Part shown: positions 38,890-46,933 of the stretch, piece after piece
How the letters are laid out: every line of letters begins with the position of its first letter
Numbering within the stretch: position 1 is the stretch's first letter
NCBI GenBank assembly: GCA_046347635.1
Contig: JAXMFT010000003.1
Location: 215,551-279,550 of the forward strand
From: Burkholderiales bacterium
GTDB lineage: Bacteria; Pseudomonadota; Gammaproteobacteria; Burkholderiales; SG8-39
DNA length: 64,000 nt
Direction: 5' to 3'
Translations under genes and position numbers: made by a program
Notes under the pieces: generated by a model
Told to the model about the DNA's origin: nothing
The model's input: only the letters and a program-made list of their open reading frames with translations
Databases searched by the model: none

Positions 38890-39921
38890 ATGAGCTTGAT
38901 TAACGCGCGTCCCGCCGTTGCAATCGCAATAGCCGTGCTGATCGCCGCGGCCGCAGCGCCCGCAACGGCTCAGAACATCGTGCTGCGCTACAGCCAGTGG
39001 ATCCCGGCGGCGCACCTCACGCAGAGCGGCGGCCTGCACAAGTTCTTCGACGAGGTGGCGAAGGCAACCGAAGGCCGGGTCAAGATCGAGCCGACCGCGC
39101 AGGCGCTCGGCGCGCCGCCGCGGCAAATGCAGCTCGCGGTGGATGGCATCGCGGACGTCGCCTGGGGCCTGCACGGCTACACCCCCGGCACCTATCCCCT
39201 GTCCGAGCTCGCCGAGCTGCCTTTCCTGACCAAGAGCGCCGAAGCCAACTCGGTGGCCTATTGGCGGGTGTTCAAGGCCATGTTCGAGAAGACCGGCATG
39301 CATCCGCCCGGGGTGCACACGCTCGCCCTCCACGTCCACACCGCCGGCCATGTCTACACCAACAAGAAGGTGATTCGCTCCCTGGATGACTTCAAGGGTC
39401 TCAGGCTCCGCACAGCCAACACCATCGTCACAGACGCCTTCCGAATGTTCGGCGCGACGCCGCTCCCGATGCCGGTCAGCCAGCTGCGCGACGCGCTGTC
39501 CAAGGGCGTCGCGGACGGAACGTCCTTTCTCGACGAGTCGATCTTCGGTTTCAAGATCGAGGACTTCGTTACCAGCACGTTCCGCATCCAGGGGGGGCTC
39601 TATAACTCCAGCTTCTTCCTGGTCATGAACCGGGCCAAGTGGGACTCGATCGCGAAGAAGGATCAGGACGCGATCACGGCGCTCGCCGGTGAGGCGCTCG
39701 CGCGCCGCATAGGAAAGCTGTGGGACGCCGAGGACACCGGGTCCATAGAAAAGTTGAAGGCGCGCGGCGTAACGTGGGTGACGCCCGATGCTGCGACGAT
39801 GGCGAAAATGCGCGAGATGCTCGCCCCGTTCGAGAAGAAGTGGGTCGAAGATGCCAGAGCGAAGGGGGTCGATGGCGTCGCGGCGCTCAGGATGTACCGG
39901 GAGGAGATCGCCAAGAACTGA
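38890..39921 (+). CDS. TRAP transporter solute-binding subunit (DctP family)
   Basis: 343 aa. The signal peptide ends in ATAQN, and the length and composition fit the DctP family. It is followed by Q- and M-type permease genes. Confidence 0.85.
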   Translation: MSLINARPAVAIAIAVLIAAAAAPATAQNIVLRYSQWIPAAHLTQSGGLHKFFDEVAKATEGRVKIEPTAQALGAPPRQMQLAVDGIADVAWGLHGYTPGTYPLSELAELPFLTKSAEANSVAYWRVFKAMFEKTGMHPPGVHTLALHVHTAGHVYTNKKVIRSLDDFKGLRLRTANTIVTDAFRMFGATPLPMPVSQLRDALSKGVADGTSFLDESIFGFKIEDFVTSTFRIQGGLYNSSFFLVMNRAKWDSIAKKDQDAITALAGEALARRIGKLWDAEDTGSIEKLKARGVTWVTPDAATMAKMREMLAPFEKKWVEDARAKGVDGVAALRMYREEIAKN

Positions 39922-40043
39922 ATCCCGGCTATCGAACCGCTCCGCGCTCGATAGCCGGATGACGACGGGCCCAGTTGCGACGGGACGTGCGTGTCCTGCA
40001 CGGATCGGCCCGCGGGCTCTGACGTGAGGAGGAGGGTCGCAGC

Positions 40044-40547
40044 GTGAATCACATAGCCGGTTTGCGGCCGATGCTGATCGCCCTCGCGGCCATTCTGGCC
40101 GTGATGGTCTTCCTCCTGATGATGATCACGGTAGTCGACGTACTCGGGCGAAACCTGTTCAACCTGCCGCTCACCGCGTCCTTCGAGCTCACGCGCCTCA
40201 CGCTCGGCATGATGGTGTTCGTCGCGTTGCCGCTGATCAGCGCGAACGACGAACACGTCACGATCGGCCTGTTCAACAGCATCTTCAAGGGGCGGACCGC
40301 GAACCGGAAGCAGTTCGTGGTCAGCCTGTTCCTGGCATTCCTGTGTGCCGTCTGGGCGCGTGAATTGTGGGTGCAGGCCACTGCCCTTGCCCAGCAGAAC
40401 GAGATGATGATGTTCCTGAAAGTCCGCCTGGCACCATTCGTGTACGTCATGAGTGCGCTCACGACGCTCACCGCAGTAATCATGCTGGTGCAGGGCTGGC
40501 TCAAGCTCACGGGGCGTTTCACGCCGCTCGACGGGCCCGGCGTCTAG
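40044..40547 (+). CDS. TRAP transporter small permease (DctQ family)
   Basis: 167 aa with four hydrophobic segments, positioned between the P and M subunit genes. The track start is a GTG, and an ATG alternative lies a few codons downstream. Confidence 0.75.
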   Translation: MNHIAGLRPMLIALAAILAVMVFLLMMITVVDVLGRNLFNLPLTASFELTRLTLGMMVFVALPLISANDEHVTIGLFNSIFKGRTANRKQFVVSLFLAFLCAVWARELWVQATALAQQNEMMMFLKVRLAPFVYVMSALTTLTAVIMLVQGWLKLTGRFTPLDGPGV

Positions 40548-40726
40548 AGCTCGTCCTCATGCCTCCCGTGAGCCGCGTTGCGACAAGGACGGAATGGCTA
40601 CCGGGGGCGGCACGTCGCGGTCAGGTCGGGTCGCCCCGGCGAAACGGGGAACACCGTGCGCACTCACCGCGGCGCGCAACGCTCCGGGACCCCGTTCGCG
40701 CGCGATATCGAGGCGGGTTCTAGAGC

Positions 40727-42058
40727 ATGGAACCGATCGTCGTGGTACTGATCGGGTTTGCCGCACTGTTCATTCTGCTCTTCCTCGAGGTACCGATCGC
40801 CTTCGGCATGGGTTTCGTGGGTTTTCTGGGTTTCGCGCATCTGGTCGGCATCACCCCGGCCTTGCGGGGAATCGGACAGATCGCGTCCGACACCGTGTTC
40901 AACTACGAATTCTCGGTCCTGCCGTTGTTCATCCTGATGGGCAACTTCGTGGCCTATTCGCGCATCTCGCAGGATCTGTACGACGCCTCGCATGCCTGGC
41001 TCGGGCACCAGCGCGGCGGCCTTGCGGCCGCCACGATCGTCGCCTGCGCCGGATTCAGCGCGGTGTGCGGTTCATCCCTCGCCACCGCCGCGACCATGAC
41101 CAAGGTCGCGATGCCGCCGATGCGCCGCTACGGCTATGCCGACAGCCTCGCCGCCGGATGCATCGCGTCGGGCGGGACGCTCGGCATTCTCATTCCGCCG
41201 TCGGTCGCCTTCGTCTTCTACGGCATCATGACCCAGACCGACATCGGCAAGCTGTTCGCATCGGGGATTCTCCCGGGACTCCTCGGAGCAGCGCTCTACA
41301 TCGCGGCGATCCTGATCACCACCAGCATCTGGCCGCGTCTCGGTCCGCCCGGCGCGCGAACCCCGTGGCGACAGCGATTCACCGCGTTGCGAGGCGTTTG
41401 GGGAATGATGTTGCTCTTTGCCCTCGTGATGGGAGGGCTCTACAGCGGCTTCTTCACGCCGGTCGAGGCCGCCGGCATCGGGGCTGCGGGCGGCTGGGTC
41501 ATCGCGATGATGCGCCGATCCCTTCCGTGGGAGCTGTTCAAGCGGGTTCTGCTCGAATCCGGTCGCACCTCCGCCATGCTGCTGCTCATCCTCATCGGGT
41601 CGCTGATCTTTTCGCAGTTCATCAACGTCGCCAAGTTTCCCAACATCATTGCCGACTGGGTCAAGGCCCTGGACGTCGGACCCTACGCGGTGATGGCCAC
41701 GATCGTCTTCATCTACGTGATTCTCGGCTGCATACTCGAGAGCATCTCGATGCTGTTGCTCACGGTGCCGGTGTTCTATCCGATCATCGCCGCGCTCGAC
41801 TTCGGGCTCGGCGGTCCTGAGCGGACGCTGATCTGGTTCGGCGTCATCGTCGTCGTCACGATCGAGATCAGCCTGATCACGCCGCCGATCGGGCTGAACG
41901 TCTTCGTGCTCAAGAGCCTGCTTCCGGGAATCCCCCTGCGCACGATCTTCCGCGGCGTGACCCCGTTCATCATCGCCGACTTCGTGCGCCTCCTCGTACT
42001 GCTGGCGCTGCCGATCGTGTCGCTCGCGCTGCCGGACCTGATGGCGGTCAGGAAGTAG
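40727..42058 (+). CDS. TRAP transporter large permease (DctM family)
   Basis: 443 aa, highly hydrophobic. MEPIVVVLIGFAALFILLFLEVPIAFGMGFVG is typical of the DctM N-terminus. Confidence 0.85.
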   Translation: MEPIVVVLIGFAALFILLFLEVPIAFGMGFVGFLGFAHLVGITPALRGIGQIASDTVFNYEFSVLPLFILMGNFVAYSRISQDLYDASHAWLGHQRGGLAAATIVACAGFSAVCGSSLATAATMTKVAMPPMRRYGYADSLAAGCIASGGTLGILIPPSVAFVFYGIMTQTDIGKLFASGILPGLLGAALYIAAILITTSIWPRLGPPGARTPWRQRFTALRGVWGMMLLFALVMGGLYSGFFTPVEAAGIGAAGGWVIAMMRRSLPWELFKRVLLESGRTSAMLLLILIGSLIFSQFINVAKFPNIIADWVKALDVGPYAVMATIVFIYVILGCILESISMLLLTVPVFYPIIAALDFGLGGPERTLIWFGVIVVVTIEISLITPPIGLNVFVLKSLLPGIPLRTIFRGVTPFIIADFVRLLVLLALPIVSLALPDLMAVRK

Positions 42059-42109
42059 CGGCCCGAAAGGGCAACGCGCGACTCGGCGAACGGTTTTGAG
42101 GCGGATCAA

Positions 42110-43675
42110 ATGCTCACGATGAGTTCGGCACTGGATCGATGCCGTCGCTTTCATGGCCGGAAGCGGGCGATCGTCGACTACTCGGGCGCCCGAAGCTGGG
42201 CGGAGCACCTGGAGCGGGTCGCGCGCGCGGCCGCCCTGCTGCAAGAGCTGGGCGTGAAGCGCGGCGAGCGCTTCGGCATCCTGTCGCGCAACGGGGTCCG
42301 CCACTGCGAGTTGCTGCATGCGGGCTACTGGGCCGGCATCGTGCCCGTCCCCGTCAACGTGCGCCTGGCACCGCCCGAGATCGCGTTCATCCTGCGCGAC
42401 GCCGATGTCAAGGCGCTCGCCGTCGAGGAGCCGTTCCTGCCGCTGGCGGAGAGCGAGCTCCTGAAGCCCTTCACCCGCAACGCTTTCGCGCTCGCGCCGG
42501 CTCCGCTCGGCGGGCCGCTGCCCGACTACGATTCCCTGCTGTCGGCCTGCACCCCGACCGATCCGGTCGAATCCGCCGAAGACGACGACGCGATCGTGCT
42601 CTACACCGGCGGCACCACCGGACGGAGCAAGGGCGTCCGGCTGACGCACCGCAACGTGGTCGCGAACGGCATGCAATGCGGCGCCGAGATGGGGTTTCGC
42701 GGCGATGACGTCTATCTTCATGTCGCCCCGATGTTCCATTCGGCCGACCTGCTGGGCACCGGCTTCACGCTCCTGGGAGGCGCGCACGCCTATCTGACCC
42801 AGTTCACGCCGACGAATCTGCTGCGCGCAATTCAGGACCTGAATGTGTCGTGGCTGATGCTGGCGCCGACCATGATCATGATGGTCCTGCGCGAGTTGAC
42901 GCCGGCCGATTTCGATCTTCGCCACCTGCGCGCGCTGCTCTACGGCAGCGCGCCAATGGCGGCGGAATGGGTCCGCAAGACGATCGAAGCGTTCCCCGGC
43001 GTCGCCATCGCGCAGGGCTACGGCCTCACGGAGACCTCACCAATCCTCACCTACCTCGATTTCGCCGAGCACATGCGAGCGATCGATTCTGGCGACTACG
43101 CGCGCCTTACCGCTGCCGGTCGTCCGATCATGGGGGTCGAGATGCGAATCTGCGACGCTGATGGCGAAGAGAGACCGCTTGGCCAGCCCGGCGAAGTCGT
43201 CGTTCGAGCTCCCAACGTCACGCGAGGCTATCTCAATCTGCCGGAGGAAACGGCGGCCGCCATCCGCGCGGACTGGTTTCATACCGGCGACATCGGGCGG
43301 ATGGACGAAGAGGGATTCCTGTATCTGCTCGACCGCAAGAAGGACATGGTGGTGACCGGCGGCGAGAACGTCTATTCGTCGGAGGTCGAGCACGCGCTTT
43401 ACCAGCACGCCGACGTGAGCGAGTGCGCGGTGATCGGCGTCCCCCACGATCGTTGGGGGGAGGCATTGCTCGCGGTAATCGTGCCCGCACCGGGAAAATC
43501 ACCGACGGCCGAGGCGCTGATCGCCCACTGCCGCAGCCGCATCGGCGGCTACAAGATCCCGCGCGAGTTCGTTTTCGTCCAGGAGCTCCCCAAGAGCGCA
43601 ATGGGCAAGATCCTCAAGACCGAACTGCGCAGGCGTTTCGGCGCCGCGATGCGCGGCGTGGACGAACGATCGTAG
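42110..43675 (+). CDS. Acyl-CoA ligase (AMP-forming)
   Basis: 521 aa with VLYTGGTTGRSKGV and WFHTGDIGRMDEEGFLYLLDRKKDMVVTGGENVYS. It is a paralog of 50546..52081. Confidence 0.8.
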   Translation: MLTMSSALDRCRRFHGRKRAIVDYSGARSWAEHLERVARAAALLQELGVKRGERFGILSRNGVRHCELLHAGYWAGIVPVPVNVRLAPPEIAFILRDADVKALAVEEPFLPLAESELLKPFTRNAFALAPAPLGGPLPDYDSLLSACTPTDPVESAEDDDAIVLYTGGTTGRSKGVRLTHRNVVANGMQCGAEMGFRGDDVYLHVAPMFHSADLLGTGFTLLGGAHAYLTQFTPTNLLRAIQDLNVSWLMLAPTMIMMVLRELTPADFDLRHLRALLYGSAPMAAEWVRKTIEAFPGVAIAQGYGLTETSPILTYLDFAEHMRAIDSGDYARLTAAGRPIMGVEMRICDADGEERPLGQPGEVVVRAPNVTRGYLNLPEETAAAIRADWFHTGDIGRMDEEGFLYLLDRKKDMVVTGGENVYSSEVEHALYQHADVSECAVIGVPHDRWGEALLAVIVPAPGKSPTAEALIAHCRSRIGGYKIPREFVFVQELPKSAMGKILKTELRRRFGAAMRGVDERS

Positions 43676-43688
43676 AGGAGAGATCGCC

Positions 43689-44105
43689 GTGAGGAACTCT
43701 CTGCAGCCGGGCACCACCCACACGGCGGAGTTCTCCGTCGACGCCGCACGCACGATCGCGTTCATGGGCGATGCGCTCCGGGTCTACGCGACGCCGAGCA
43801 TGTGCCTGGACATCGAGCAGACCTGCCGCAAGCTGCTCCTCGAACACCACGACCCGGGCGAGGACTCGGTCGGCGCGCGCATCGAGATCGACCATCTCGG
43901 CCCGACCCTCCTCGGGCAGGTGGTGCGGGTGACCGCGACGGTCGTCGAGCTCGCGCTGCCGCGCGTGACGCTGGAGGTCGAGGTGAAAGACGAGCTCGAC
44001 TTGGTCGGCAAGGCGCGCCACGTCCGCTTCGTCGTGGAAACCGCCCGCCAGGGCGAACGGCTGCGGAAGAAGGCGGAGCGCCTGAAGGCGCGCGGGGGCG
44101 CCTGA
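43689..44105 (+). CDS. Hotdog-fold thioesterase (FlK-like family)
   Basis: 138 aa. GTG 43689 is preceded by GAGGAGAG. The pattern H-x-F-x-V...ATPSMCLDIEQTC...SVGARIEIDHLGPT...G..HVRFVV resembles my recollection of fluoroacetyl-CoA thioesterase-type hotdog proteins. Confidence 0.55.
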   Translation: MRNSLQPGTTHTAEFSVDAARTIAFMGDALRVYATPSMCLDIEQTCRKLLLEHHDPGEDSVGARIEIDHLGPTLLGQVVRVTATVVELALPRVTLEVEVKDELDLVGKARHVRFVVETARQGERLRKKAERLKARGGA

Positions 44106-44131
44106 GGGCGCTGACCCGGAAGGCGATCGCG

Positions 44132-46933
44132 ATGACTACGCAAGGAAAACGGGGTGGCAGTCGCACGGTCCCCGTCTATTGCTATCAGTGCGTCGCAGGC
44201 CCCGACCTGATGAAAGTCGAAGTGCGGGACGGCGTCGCCACCCGCATCGAGTCGAACTACGACATCCGCAACGAGCATCCCGGCGGGGGGCGGGTCTGCG
44301 TGAAGGCCTACGGCCTGATCCAGAAGACCTACAACCCGAACCGCATCCGGCAGCCGATGAAGCGCACCAACCCGAGGAAGGGCCGCGCCGAGGATCCCGG
44401 CTTCGTGCCGATCTCCTGGGACGAGGCGCTCGACATCGTCGGCGCGAAGCTGCGCGAGGTGCGCGCGTCCGGGCTGCTGAACGAGGAAGGCTTTCCGCGG
44501 CTCGCCACCTCCACCGGGGGCGGCGGCACGCCGGTGCAGTACATGGGCACCTTCCCGGCGTTCATGGCCGCCTGGGGGCCGATCGACCAGGGCTACGGCG
44601 CGGGACAGGGCGTCAAGTGCTACCACTCCGAGCACCTCTACGGCGAGCTCTGGCACCGCGCCTTCATCGTCGCCCCCGACACGCCGTACGTGAACTACAT
44701 CATCAACTGCGGCAACAACGTCGAGGCCTCGGGCGGCGTGGTCGGCATCTGGCGCGAGGCCGACGCGCGCGTGCGCGGCGCCAAGCGCGTGCAGGTCGAG
44801 CCGCACCTGTCGGTCACCGGTGCGCTGTCGGCCGAATGGGTGCCGATCAAGCCGAAGACCGACGCCGCGTTTCTCTTCGGGCTCGTCCACCGCATCCTGC
44901 ACGAGCGCGGCTGGCGCGAGTCCTGCGACCTGCCCTATCTGAAGCACCGCACGAGTTCCCCCTACCTCGTCGGCCCCAACGGCTGGTACCTGCGCGACGC
45001 GCAGAGCGGCAAGCCGCTCGTGTGGGACGCGGCCGACGGGCGGGCGAAGACGCACGACGACCCGGGCCTCATCGACCCGGCGCTCGACGGCGAGTACACG
45101 GTCGCGGGCGTGGAGCACGGGCCCGACGGCGAGCGCATCGAGCACCCTGCCGCGGGCGGCGGCGGCGCGGGCGCGCGCGCCGTTCCCGCGTTCCGGAAGC
45201 TGCTCGAGCACATGCGGCCCTACTCCGCCGACTGGGCGGCCGGCGAGTGCGACGTTCCCGCGGCGACCATCCGCCGCGTCGCCGACGAGTACGTGGCGCA
45301 TGCCTGCATTGGCCAGACGATCGAGATCGAGGGCAGGACCCTGCCGTTCCGACCGGTCGCGATCACGCTCGGCAAGACGGTGAACAACGGCTTCGGCGGT
45401 TTCCACTGCTGCTGGGCGCGCACGCTGCTCGCGGTCATGGTCGGGGCCCTGGAAGTGCCGGGCGGCACGCTCGGCACGACGGTCAAGCTGGTGCGGCCCG
45501 CCGCGTCGCGCGTCGGCTCGGTGCAGCCCGGGCCGGACGGGCTGATGTCCTTCCAGTTCAACGAAACGTCGCGCGAAGGCTGGATGCGCAAGCCGCACAT
45601 CCGCAACGCCTACAAGACGCTGGTCCCGCTCGTCTCGGACTCGCCGTGGTCGCCGGCGCTCGGCCCCGCGCATCTGCCCTGGCTGTTCCAGAAGGAGGCG
45701 CCGGACCACTGGCCGCGAACCCGGCCGCCCGATGTCTGGTTCTGCTACCGGACCAATCCGGCGATCTCGTCCTGGAACGCGCCCGAGGTGGCCAACCGCC
45801 TCGCCGAGTTCCCGTTCATCGTCGCGTTCGCCTATACCGACGACGAGACCAACCACTTCGCGGACATCCTCCTGCCCGAGGCCTCCGACCTCGAGAGCCT
45901 GCAGCTGATCCGCATCGGCTCCACCAAGTTCCAGGAGCAGTTCTGGAAGCACGAAGGCTGGGCCATCCGCCAGCCGGCGATCGACTCGCCGTGCGACACG
46001 CGGGACTTCACCGACATCGCCACTGGCCTCGCCGAACGCGCGGGCATTCTCGAGGCATACATCGCGGCGGTGAATCGCGGCGCTGCGGGCGTCGCGCTGC
46101 GCGATCGCAACGGGCGCTACGACTACGCCCTCGACGCCACGCGGACGCCGACCCGCGACCAGGTCTGGGACGCGTTCTGCAAGGCGGCGAGCAGCGAGCT
46201 CACCGGCGGGGACGAGGTGCGCGACCTCGCCTGGTTCAAGGAGCACGGCTATCTGCTGCGGCCGTTCCCGCAGCTCGACTGGTACCTCTACCCGGCCCTG
46301 GAGCGCCAGGGCCTTCGGTTCGAGCTGCCCTACCAGGAGCGGCTGACGCGCCACGGGCGCGAGCTCGCCAACCGCCTGCGCGAATCCGGGATCGAGTGGT
46401 GGAACGCGCAGCTCACGGAGTACGAGTTCATGCCGACCTACGAGCGCTTCCCGGAGATCTGGATCGAGTACGCGCGCGAGTACGGCCGCGACCCCGCCGA
46501 GTTCCCGTTCTGGGCGCTCACCGCGCGCTCGATGCAGTACAGCTGGGGCGCGAACGTCGGCCTGCCGCTGATCAACGAGGTGGCGAACAACGTCTCCGGC
46601 CACCGCGGGGTGATCCTGAACCGCACCACCGCGCGGCGCCTGGGCATCGCCGAGGGCGAGCGCCTGGTGATCGAGTCGGTCTCGGGCGTGACCGAGGGCA
46701 GCGCGGTGCTGCGCGAGGGCATCCGGCCCGACACGCTGCTGATGATCGGGCAGTTCGACCACTGGAAGACTCCCTACGCAAAGAACCTCAAGCTGCCGAG
46801 CCTGAACTCGCTCACCGACCTCTCGCTGAAGCTTACCGACAGCTCGGGCAGCGGCGCGGACGTGATGCGGGTGCGGATCCGCCGCGCGGCCACCGGCGAG
46901 ATCCTCGGCGCGCCCGCAGCGGTACCCGCGTGA
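44132..46933 (+). CDS. Molybdopterin (bis-MGD) oxidoreductase catalytic subunit, no Tat signal
   Basis: ATG 44132 (MTTQGKRGGSRTVPVYCYQCVAGPD...), 933 aa. ISWDEALDIVGAKLREV, NYIINCGNNVEAS and WVPIKPKTDAAFLFG are MopB-type segments. The C-terminal VILNRTTARRLGIAEGERLVIES is a dinucleotide-binding barrel. The N-terminus lacks an RR motif and a hydrophobic h-region. Confidence 0.8.
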   Translation: MTTQGKRGGSRTVPVYCYQCVAGPDLMKVEVRDGVATRIESNYDIRNEHPGGGRVCVKAYGLIQKTYNPNRIRQPMKRTNPRKGRAEDPGFVPISWDEALDIVGAKLREVRASGLLNEEGFPRLATSTGGGGTPVQYMGTFPAFMAAWGPIDQGYGAGQGVKCYHSEHLYGELWHRAFIVAPDTPYVNYIINCGNNVEASGGVVGIWREADARVRGAKRVQVEPHLSVTGALSAEWVPIKPKTDAAFLFGLVHRILHERGWRESCDLPYLKHRTSSPYLVGPNGWYLRDAQSGKPLVWDAADGRAKTHDDPGLIDPALDGEYTVAGVEHGPDGERIEHPAAGGGGAGARAVPAFRKLLEHMRPYSADWAAGECDVPAATIRRVADEYVAHACIGQTIEIEGRTLPFRPVAITLGKTVNNGFGGFHCCWARTLLAVMVGALEVPGGTLGTTVKLVRPAASRVGSVQPGPDGLMSFQFNETSREGWMRKPHIRNAYKTLVPLVSDSPWSPALGPAHLPWLFQKEAPDHWPRTRPPDVWFCYRTNPAISSWNAPEVANRLAEFPFIVAFAYTDDETNHFADILLPEASDLESLQLIRIGSTKFQEQFWKHEGWAIRQPAIDSPCDTRDFTDIATGLAERAGILEAYIAAVNRGAAGVALRDRNGRYDYALDATRTPTRDQVWDAFCKAASSELTGGDEVRDLAWFKEHGYLLRPFPQLDWYLYPALERQGLRFELPYQERLTRHGRELANRLRESGIEWWNAQLTEYEFMPTYERFPEIWIEYAREYGRDPAEFPFWALTARSMQYSWGANVGLPLINEVANNVSGHRGVILNRTTARRLGIAEGERLVIESVSGVTEGSAVLREGIRPDTLLMIGQFDHWKTPYAKNLKLPSLNSLTDLSLKLTDSSGSGADVMRVRIRRAATGEILGAPAAVPA

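Noticed and set aside
40559-40723. 54-codon ORF (MPPVSRVATRTEWLPGAARRG...) inside the dctQ-dctM spacer
   Set aside because: It is Arg-rich, has no ribosome-binding site, and looks like a chance ORF in GC-rich DNA. I treat it as non-coding insert sequence (see the direct-repeat finding).
41072-42925. 617-aa minus-strand ORF and other antisense ORFs across the TRAP and ligase genes
   Set aside because: It is antisense to the DctM-like and ligase genes and rich in R/D/H/G, while the plus-strand frames give a coherent membrane protein and AMP-ligase motifs.
43784-46762. 992-aa minus-strand ORF, plus the plus-strand off-frame ORF 44179..48558 upstream of 46930
   Set aside because: These are antisense or off-frame relative to the molybdopterin oxidoreductase gene. 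Only the C-terminal part of the 44179..48558 frame (from GTG 46930) has ferredoxin Cys motifs and TM helices. The rest is Arg/Pro/Gly-rich.
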